Assembly (NCBI RefSeq): GCF_006345805.1
Contig: NC_043002.1
Location: 65,782,001-65,846,000 of the forward strand
DNA: 64,000 nucleotides
Source of the DNA: Octopus sinensis
Taxonomy: Eukaryota
Direction of reading: 5' to 3'
Below the pieces are notes generated by a model. It was not told where the DNA came from, made no database searches, and saw only the letters and a program-made list of their open reading frames with translations. Numbering within the stretch: the stretch's first letter is position 1; the number at the start of each line of letters is the position of its first letter. Both the position numbers and the translations under genes were made by a program. Shown one piece after another: positions 54,408-64,000 of the stretch.

Positions 54408-54838
54408 AGCGGCGAGATGGCAGAAACGTTAGCACGCTGGGTGAAATGCTTTGTTGTATTTCGTCCGCCGCTGTGGTCTGAGTTCAAATTCCACCGAGGT
54501 CGACTTTGCCTTTCATCCTTTCGGGGTCGATAAATTAAGTACCAGTTACGCACTGGGGTCGATGTAATTGACTTAATCCGTTTGTCTGTACTTGTTTATC
54601 CCCTCTATGCTTAGCCCCATGTGGACAATAAAGAAATAAGAAACGTTAGCGCGCCGGGCGAAATGCTTAGCGGTACTTCATCTGTCTTTACATGCTGAGT
54701 TCAAATTCCGCCGAGGTCAACTTTGATTTTCATCCTTTTGGAGTCGATGAGTTAAGTACCAGCTGCGTACTGGTGTCGATCTAATCGACTAGCCCCCTCC
54801 CCCAAAATGTCGGGCCTTGTGCCTAGAGTAGAAAAGAA
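54408..54838 (+). mobile_element. SINE family A dimer
   Basis: Junction aaagaaata|agaaacgttagc; ends with the tail-2 type. Confidence 0.85.
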
Positions 54839-54878
54839 TATATATAGGGAGAGGAATTGTGTATGTAGAGAGAGAGAG

Positions 54879-54914
<36 letters not shown>

Positions 54915-55046
54915 ACACACACACAAACATACAGACATACAGACAGACAACGAGACAAGCAGATGAAGCTATGCCTCTTATTGTTTTATTGACGATATAC
55001 ATGTTAGTGCATGCATTTTTATATAAGCATCTATTATATTATTCAG

Positions 55047-55182
55047 TGCGGACCAGAACCTGAAGCTGTGGTCCACGGTTTGAAAGTTAACCAAGGTTAC
55101 TTCTTCCGTGTCACCGTTTGGAAAGATCCTGTAAAACAGTTGTATGGCAACATCACTGAAGCTGTTTATGCAAAAACTAAAG
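55047..55182 (+). CDS. Internal exon: C-terminal half of the FN3 domain
   Basis: Acceptor attattcag|, donor aag|gtatca; phase 0 in, phase 1 out, matching the flanking exons; CGPEPEAVVHGLKVNQGYFFRVTVW...NITEAVYAKTK (FN3 GLxxxxxYxxxV motif). Confidence 0.85.
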
Positions 55183-55259
55183 GTATCAACCTTTCATCGA
55201 TCATCTTTTAATATAATAGATTCGTTATATGCGGACCATTAAAGCTGTAACTTTTTTGC

Positions 55260-56030
55260 AGACCCCAAACCTTATTGCTGTTCTTAACTTCTAAACTCAA
55301 ACCTTAGATCCGATCTTAAACCTAGGTTCCAGCATTATCAATAATACTAATCCGCAAGTCCGTAATTCTCAACCGTAAAATACTAAAATCTCAATCCAAA
55401 CCTAACTCTCACTTAAAGATTAAATACTCTAAGCTTAAATTCAAATTATAGCTTTACCATTTGTACAGTAAATGCAGAACTCTAAACAGGATCCTTAACC
55501 CTCAATACTCTGCTCCAATGTCTTAGGACCAGTAAGGCAGCGAGCAGACCAAATTGTTAGCACGCCGGAGTAATGCTTAGCGGCATTTCATCCGTCATTA
55601 CGATCTGAGTTCAAATTCTGCCGACTTTGCCTTTTGTCATTTCGGAATCGATAAAATAAGTAGCAGTTAAATATTGGGGGATGTCGATGTAATCGAAGAG
55701 CCCCCATCCCTGAAATTGCTGGTCTTGTGCCAATATTTGAAACCAATAATCTAGCACCAACTTGCATAAGAATCTTAAAGGGTTCATCTATGTGGAGCAC
55801 ACAAAATCTAAACATTTTGATTATTCTTAAAATCTAAACTTGAAACTGAGCCCTAAGCACCATCCCTAAATCCGATCTCACATCCAGGAGTTTGCATCAA
55901 GAGTAGTACTAATTTCTAACCTAAACATATATACAGTAACACGAAAACCTCAACCCAAACTTTTGACCTAAATCTTTCTTACTCTTCTAAACTTTACTAT
56001 AAAGGCAAAGCTCTTAATACCCTTAATAAT
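55260..56030. repeat. Highly degenerate (CCCTAA)-like tract, interrupted by a SINE A at ~55535-55750
   Basis: Dense aaccct/aacct/ctaaac/ccctaa hexamer-like words with C/A strand bias. Confidence 0.4.
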
Positions 56031-57110
56031 TTGCTCCAAATTAGAAGTTATTTTAATACCAAGCTGCATAAGGATCTTTGGAGATTCATGAGAACGGAGA
56101 AAAATAATTTATCTTTACTTATACTAAAATACAGGGATGTATCATACATGTTTGACGAGAGGGAAGATCAGTACTCTTTAACCTTTACAGGCCCTTCCAA
56201 GTTTATGAAAGAAGGAAGAAGGTATCCTCCAGTCAGAGACTTAGTCCGAATGACAGCAACAGTACGGACCCGATGCCGTCAAAATTACTCAATGGACCAG
56301 TGGTGTGAATCCTTTTCGTTTTCATACAGAAAATTTTTCAATTTTCAACTGATCGTTTTCAAATTTTCCACACTGATGGTGACGAAAATCACATTCAAAA
56401 ATTAGAAGTTAGAAGTATTTAAAGTTGCGTAAATTTAGTCAAATCAAACGAGTTCAGTGTCCTCACGGTTTCCATTTCCGCTGGGAGGAAATTCATTGGC
56501 TAAAAATACGTAAATCGAAATGGTTTTCACTTCTTTATTATATCGGGAAAATGAATACCATTTTTATCATCAGCAAGCAAAACTACATCAGAAGTATATT
56601 TTTGGAAAATTTTCAGAATAAAATTTGAGAAAATATGAGTGGCAGGAAGAAAACGAAAAAGATCCAGTGGTGGTTTTGAACTGGACGAAGGATTAAATCT
56701 CCCTGCCACCTTAGATGTCTACGACCTGGAATTGAAATTAGAATGCGAAGAATGGTGAAACACATACTGAAAGACATCCTGCATGACCCTACAATATTTT
56801 CTCCAGTATACCACTCACGATTTGTACTTTATTTATCGACCGTAGAAGATTGACCGACAAAGTTACCATCGGCAAGATTCGAACTCAGGAAACTGGAATA
56901 AATGCCGCAATATATTTAGTTCGATACAAAGGTTTTATAAAACTGTCAGCGGGCGACGGTATATTTTCAATGCGGGCGATTGATTGTCTCCACCTGTTAT
57001 AAATCGTTACACTGGATGTCAGTAATGCCTTTATTTTTCAGTGATGCATTTATAAGTTGTTTACAAATATACCAAAGTAACGAATGGCTACATTTATATT
57101 TTCTCAACAG

Positions 57111-57332
57111 CTGGTTGTATTTTCCAAGGCAAAACATACCAAGTTGGCCAGTTGTATGAAGTAAAATGTGAAGATATATGTAAGTGTATGTCAGACGGCA
57201 AATTCGCATGTGAACCGGTTTGTCCAGAAGAACGCCACAATCCGAAAATAAACAACCCTATGTTCAAATGTACGACGGAACTGATTGGTCAGTCAGAGTG
57301 TTGCTACGCAACAGTTTGCGAACCTATAGACA
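57111..57332 (+). CDS. Exon encoding a VWC (von Willebrand factor type C) domain
   Basis: Acceptor atttatattttctcaacag|, phase 1 in; GCIFQGKTYQVGQLYEVKCEDICKCMSDGKFACEPVCP...KC...ECCYATVC; ends at a possible donor a|gttaag (phase 1) or at the TAA at 57335-57337. Confidence 0.9.
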
Positions 57333-57670
57333 GTTAAGTTTACTTGGTTTTATTTTATTGTTTGTTTATATATATATTTGTAGATTTTTTTTTTTCTTTT
57401 GTTGTCTATTTTTTGGAAAGTTTCTGAGACACTTCGCTTCTTTATTTGGTTTGCTTTTTATTTCTTATGAGGAAAGAAAGAGAGAGGGAGATCGTACGCG
57501 CGTGCGCAAGTGCGTCTGCATAATATACGATTGCGTGCATGCGCACATATATGTATAAAAGCATGAACGCATACGTGTATATATTATATGTGTGTGTGTT
57601 TGCGAATGTAAGTGTGAGGGTGTATGTGTATGTGCGCTGATAGACAGAAAAACAAACAAATAGATAGATT

Positions 57671-57717
<47 letters not shown>

Positions 57718-57817
57718 GTGCATGCGTTCGTATGAGTATGTCTGAATATGCGTTTGTACGTATGTGAGTGCATCTGCATCTCTCTACTACTCTCTCTTTC
57801 TCTCCCCCCTCTTCTCC

Positions 57818-57865
<48 letters not shown>

Positions 57866-58287
57866 TATATATATATATATATATATATGTATATGTATCT
57901 AACTATCTATCTGTCTGTCTTTCTATCTATTTGCCTGTTCTTGCGAAGATGGAGAATTAATCATTCATTACGGTGAAACACCAGTTCAGAGAGACCAGAC
58001 CGAAACTGAAGAACACCTATTTCAAAACGAATACATCAGTGCTATGAAAACTCTAAAATGTAAATTTAAACCAAATGTTAAAAACAGCACAGGCCTAAGA
58101 CTTAGGTCTGCAATGAATCCTAGGACTCAAAAGGCCGAAGCTTGTCGTATAAGGAGACGAGAGGGTCAACTACTCGGCAATCGCTGGAAGCCTTTGACAG
58201 CTGAGTGGGCAGGTGCAATGTGAAATGAAGTGTTTTGTTCCAGGAGACAACGCAGTGCGCCCGATCTGGGAATCAAACCGACCTTCT

Positions 58288-58869
58288 TATTTTTCTACTC
58301 TAGGCACACGGCCCGAAATCGTGGGGGAGGGGCCACTCGATTAGATCAACCCCAGTACGCAACTGGTACTTAATTTGTCGACCCTGAAAGGATGAAAGGC
58401 AAAGTCGACCTCGGTGGAATTTGAACTCAGAACGTAAAAACAAACGAAATACTTATTTCTTTATTGCCCACAAGGGGCTAAACATAGAGGGAACAAACAA
58501 GTACAGGCAAATGGATTAAGTCGATTACATCGATCCCAGTACGTCACTGGTACTTAATTTATTGACCCCGAAAGGATGAAAGGTAAAGTCGACCTCGGCG
58601 AAATTTGAACTCAGAACGCAGCGGCAGATGAAATACCTATTTCTTTACTACCCACAAGGGGCTACACACAGAGAGGACAAACAAGGCAGACAAACGGATT
58701 AAGTCGATTATATCGACCCCGGTGCGTAACTGGTACTTATTTAATCGACCCCGAAAGGATGAAAGGCAAAGTCGGCATCGGCGGAATCTGAACTCAGAAC
58801 GTAGCGGCAGACGAAATACCGCTAAGCATTTTGCCTGGCGTGCTAACGTTTCTGCCAGCTCGCCGCCTT
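58288..58869 (-). mobile_element. SINE family A trimer
   Basis: Reverse-complement bodies x3, head at ~58820-58869. Confidence 0.88.
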
Positions 58870-58880
58870 ATGAGTGTTTC

Positions 58881-59480
58881 AATATTAAATATCCAATTTC
58901 CACCGAGGTCGACTTTGCCTTTCATCCTTTCGGGGTCGATAAATTAAGTACCAGTTGCGTACTGTAGTCGATCTAATCGATTGACACACACCCTTCCCCA
59001 AAATTTCGGCCCTTGTGCCTAGAGTGGAAAAGAATATTAAATATCTAATTTCCGCCGAGGTCGACTTTGCCTTTCATCCTTTTGGGGGTTGATAATTTAA
59101 GTACCAGTTGCGTACTGGAGTTGATCTAATCGATTCTCCCCCTCCACAAAAATTTCGTGCTTTGTGACTAGAATAGAAAAGGATATTAAATATCCAATTT
59201 CCGCCGAGGTCGACTTTGCCTTTCATCCTTTTGGGACAAATTAAGTACGAGTTGCGTACTGGGGTCGATCTAATCGATTGGCCCCCTCCCCCAAAATTTC
59301 GGGCCGTGTGCCTAGAGTAGAAAAGAATATTAAATATCCAGTTTCCGCCGAGGTCGACTTTGCCTTTCATCCTTTTGGGGTCGACAAATTAAGTACCAGT
59401 TGCGTCCTGTGGTCGATCTAATCTATTGCCCACCCCCCGCTCCACCAAAACTTTTCGCCCGTGTGCCAAGAGTAGAAAAG
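58881..59480 (+). repeat. Tandem array of four ~150-bp headless SINE A 3' units
   Basis: Each unit begins atattaaatatcc/taatttccgccgaggtcgac and ends ...agtagaaaag. Confidence 0.9.
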
Positions 59481-59666
59481 ACCAGGCTAGCAGTATTTTG
59501 TATATGAGTAAAGAGCTACGTGTATTCTTGTGACAGGGGCCGAGGTTATATTTCATAACCACTCTATATTGTAAATCCGTGGTTGCACTTCAGTCAACCT
59601 GATTTTTATACCGAGTGATGTACAAGACATGGTGATAATAACCATTATTCCATATTTTCCCGTTAT

Positions 59667-59815
59667 TGGAGTTAATTTGGCTTACAGATGTTTCCAATAA
59701 TCATTTTAAGTTACATAAATTGCTCTGACGAAAGAAGCATTAATTTTTTGAGAAACCTATCAATAACGAATCTATGATCGCTGCTGGAAACAGCCGTAAG
59801 CTAAATTTTACTCCA
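59667..59815 (+). ncRNA. Degenerate hammerhead motif inside ~30-bp inverted arms
   Basis: gct-CTGACGA(59725-59731)...gctgctg-GAAA(59787-59790)-cagccg-TA-agc; arms tggagttaatttggcttacagatgtttcca / tggaaacagccgtaagctaaattttactcca. Confidence 0.45.
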
Positions 59816-60241
59816 GTGAAGGAAAAATATGTAATAAACATTATTTATAGCTTGTCTTATATATATACGGAAACATCTATCTATATATCTATATATATCT
59901 ATGTATGCATATATATATATATATGATAAATGTATGCATGCATGTACGTATGTATGTATGTGTCTATTTGTATGTGTGCTTGTGTTTGTCCCACGACCAT
60001 CGCTTGATAGTCGATGTTAGTGTGTTTACATCCCTGTGACTTAGCGGTTCGACAAAAGATACTGATAGAATAAGTACTAGGCTTACAAGGATCAAGTACT
60101 GGGGTCAATTTATTCGGTGATTCAGGCGGTGCTCCAGCATGGCCGCAGTCAAATGACAGAAACAAGAAAAAGAATAAAAGAACACACACACACACACACA
60201 CATACACACACACATATATATATATATATATATGTGTGTGT

Positions 60242-60292
<51 letters not shown>

Positions 60293-60504
60293 ATGTATAT
60301 GAATATATATTTATAGTCAACAACTATTGAAAAGGTTGCAAGACGCAACGAATGGTTTAGAAAAATAAATAAGTAGTTGTGTGGTAAGTAGCTTGCTTAC
60401 CAACCACATGCTTCTGGGTTCAGTCGCACTGGGTGGCACCTTCGGCAAGTGTCTTCTTCTATAGCCTCGGGCCGACCAGAGCCTTGTGAGTGGATTTGCT
60501 CGTA

Positions 60505-60605
<101 letters not shown>

Positions 60606-60751
60606 GTGTGTGTATGTATGTATGTATGTATGTGTGTCTATATGTTTGTGTGTCTGTGTTTGTCTCCTCAACATCGCTTGACAACCGATACTAGTGTGTT
60701 TACGTCCCCGTAACTTAGCGGTTCGGCAGAAGATACCGGTAGAATAAGTAC

Positions 60752-60851
60752 NNNNNNNNNNNNNNNNNNNNNNNNNNNNNNNNNNNNNNNNNNNNNNNNN
60801 NNNNNNNNNNNNNNNNNNNNNNNNNNNNNNNNNNNNNNNNNNNNNNNNNNN
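60752..60851. other. Assembly gap (100 N) between two oppositely oriented SINE B copies
   Basis: Run of N. Confidence 1.
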
Positions 60852-61054
60852 AGTAGGACTGAACCGGAAACCATGTAGTCGATTAGCAAGCTTCTTACCA
60901 CAAAGCCACTCCTGCGCTTATGATTAAGAACTCAACATACAAGACGATAGTTCACGTGTTTTTTGGTTTTTTTTAGCTTGATAAACAACATATATCTTTC
61001 GCTAAACAAACTACGTTTCTGATCGCCAAACCTATGTTCATATTGGACAACAAC

Positions 61055-61360
61055 AGATCTAGAATCTGAAACTCACCAAAAAAGAATAGCGTAAAGAGTC
61101 CATCCTTTCATCCTGTTTCATCTGTACCCCCATGACCTTCCAGAAAATCGTCAACGTATGTGCACTTACGCAGATCAGATGACAACGATCGCCACTCCTC
61201 CTCACAAACGCACAATTTGTTCGACTTTGCACCAACCAGTGCAGCAAAACAACAAACAGAAAGTAGCGCCTGACGAATCCACTGCAATTATTCCTACCAG
61301 CGAAAGGAGTGTAACTATAGTCATCTGTCATCCTCAGTAACATAAACAAATCATATACAT
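61055..61360 (+). repeat. Old ~300-bp repeat with a diverged inverted copy at ~63375-63700
   Basis: Colinear blocks such as tcgccactcctcctcacaa/tcgccacttcttatcacaa, actttgcaccaa, gcgcctga..aatccac, ctcag(t/c)aacataaa. Confidence 0.7.
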
Positions 61361-61408
61361 ACACACACACCCAAACACACACACACACGCGCGCACACAC
61401 ACATACAC

Positions 61409-61443
<35 letters not shown>

Positions 61444-61848
61444 CACGTGATCACATGACCCACCAGGCTATCAGATGTTGCTACACATCGCTGGTCACAA
61501 TGCGCTTCGCATTGTTTTAGCCTTCAAATGACGCTACTCCACTGGCAAAGCGAGCAGGCCAACAGAAGAAAGAGTGAGAGAAAGTTGCGGCGAAAGAGTA
61601 CAGCAGGGATCTCTACCACCCCCTGCCGGAGTAAACATAAACACACTCCCTCCATCAAATCGACGTTACCTGTACAGGTGCAACTGGGTACCAAAAGTCA
61701 GATGACAAAACGATTGCAGAGCAATGTGAAATGAAGTGCTTTGCTCAAGGACACAACGTAACGCCCGGTCGCGGAATCGAACTCACGACCTCGCAGGTCG
61801 TGAGTGCAACACCCTAGCCACTAAGCCACGCGCCTTCTCATTCATATC

Positions 61849-61890
<42 letters not shown>

Positions 61891-61893
61891 TAT

Positions 61894-61925
<32 letters not shown>

Positions 61926-61974
61926 ATAATATATATATATTATTATATATATATATATATATCTATATATATAT

Positions 61975-62016
<42 letters not shown>

Positions 62017-62530
62017 CTATATAATTACTATATATATATATATATATTAATTAATAAGGGTGAGAGAATTAGATACTAATTTAATAGTATATTTATTCAA
62101 CACCAAGTGGCCTATAGTGCTACGAGAACCTGGATTATTATAATATTTTATAACATATTATAATATTTTTACAAATAAATATAAGAGAGTGGTCACTATA
62201 TTGCTCACTCTAGCACCAGTTAATCCAAAAGGTGTAAACCACGAAAATACATGTTTCCCATGAAAGCCAGTACGATGTTAGCTCACACGGAACAGGGCAA
62301 ATAGAAAAATAACAAAATACAGATTATTTGGAAAATGGTTTCGCTAGTAACTGAATTAAATGTAATAGTACTTAAAAAAATCCACTTGTAAGATCGTCAG
62401 CCAAGACTATCTGTATGAATCCAACTCAATCACACGCCAGATTACCATAACGATAAATACGCGTGTGGTTCAATGATTACATCCGACGTTATATATATAT
62501 ATACCAATATATATATATATATATATATAT

Positions 62531-62564
<34 letters not shown>

Positions 62565-62769
62565 TATATATATATATATATATATATACAGGATGTTCAA
62601 AAATTCTCTCCCCTGTTTCTTTTTCATCATGCGCATCTAAGCGGTAGATATTGCTTCGAGTCCGTTGGTTTATGATAAATGTCAATTACAATTTGGTTTA
62701 TCAGAATATCTAAGTAAGAGGATCTTGTTCTTTGCTATATTCCATTGTAACTGAATGCTAAGGATCATA

Positions 62770-63193
62770 CTCTCTACTCTTTAACTTGTTTCATTATCAT
62801 TTGCTATGGCCATGCTGGAGCACCGCTTTAGTCCGGAGCACAATCGACCCCAGGACTTATTCTTTGTAAGCCTAGTACTATTCTTTTTGGTCTCCCTTCC
62901 GAACAACTAAGTGACGGGGACGTAACACAGCAGCATCGGTTGTCAAGCGATGCTGGGGGGACAAACACAGACACACAAGCATATACATACACACACACAC
63001 ACATATATATATACATATATATATATATATACACGACAGGCTTCTTTCACTTTCCATTCTACCAAATCCACTTACAATGCTTTGGTCGGCCCGAAGCTAT
63101 AGTAGACGACCCTTGCGCAAGGTGCCACGCAGTGGCACTGAACTCAGAACCATGTGGTTAGTAAGCAAGCTACTTACCAGACAGCCACTCCTG

Positions 63194-63198
<5 letters not shown>
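62770..63198 (-). mobile_element. SINE family B
   Basis: Full reverse-complement copy with internal microsatellite. Confidence 0.85.
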
Positions 63199-63266
<68 letters not shown>

Positions 63267-64000
63267 TATATGGGCAATGGTTTCTTATATCTCCTACCTC
63301 TTCTAAATTGGTTGCTAATAAAGTAGAAATATCATCTGTAACATCCATCCCACTACTTTTTGTCTATAGTGTATGTGATATATTTATGTTGCTGAGTTGG
63401 CAATGATTACATTTCCTGCTATCGCTGGCAAGAATACTTTTTGTGGATTTTTCAGGCGCTGCTTTGTTGTTTTGGTGCACTCTTCCTAGCTGATTGGTGC
63501 AAAGTTGAAGAAGTTATGGAGTTGTGATAAGAAGTGGCGAAAGAATGTGACTTCGTTGTCGTCTGCTTAAGTTCATTTGTTATCAGAAGTTTCTAGAAGG
63601 TCGTATAGGTCAAACCAACAGAATGAAAAGGTGGATTTGTTTGTTAGGAGAAATTTCTATTTGAACTTGTTTCTCAGCGTCAGATCTTCCTACGTTCGAG
63701 TGTAAACGAACGTGATAAATATGGTTGTGCACAATTATACATACATATATATATACCAGTGTATGGGCAGTATGCTTGAATGGTTAAAGAATTCTCTTCC
63801 AAACCAAGAGGTCTTGGGGACGGTAACACTGCGTAGCATTTTGAAGAACTGAGACTTTCTAAAGCCTATATGCTTTTATGTTCATAAATATCACTGTATG
63901 GACCAAACCATTTGATATTGTTAAACACCACTGGTCACAATGCGCTTCCTCCCATTATTGTAACTTTCGAATAATGCCTCCACGCTGGCTTGGTGGGCAG

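Noticed and set aside
56031-56405. 124-aa ORF as an exon
   Set aside because: No recognisable domain or good splice sites, and the flanking exons already join in phase without it

Overview
Eukaryotic, very repeat-rich, AT-rich animal DNA. The SINE families, microsatellite load and LINE remnants point to an Octopus (coleoid cephalopod) genome; this is my recognition and was not checked against a database. Almost all ORFs in the track are microsatellite artefacts. Three phase-compatible + strand exons (34210-34358, 55047-55182, 57111-57332) splice into an extracellular protein segment: one fibronectin type III domain split by a ~20.7 kb intron, followed by a VWC (von Willebrand C) domain. The rest of the window is intronic or intergenic and filled with three tRNA-headed SINE families (here called A, B and C), RTE and RLE-type LINE 3' ends, DD37D (maT) Tc1/mariner relics and Helitron/Helentron derivatives. 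The most interesting signal is a set of 5-6 Penelope-type minimal hammerhead-ribozyme motifs in short, often long-palindromic elements, most of them embedded in microsatellites. Other notable observations are SINE-into-SINE insertion with a target-site duplication, a SINE tail shared with a (GATA)n-embedded LINE-like end, and a (CATA)n-associated RLE LINE. A 100-N scaffold gap lies at 60752-60851.
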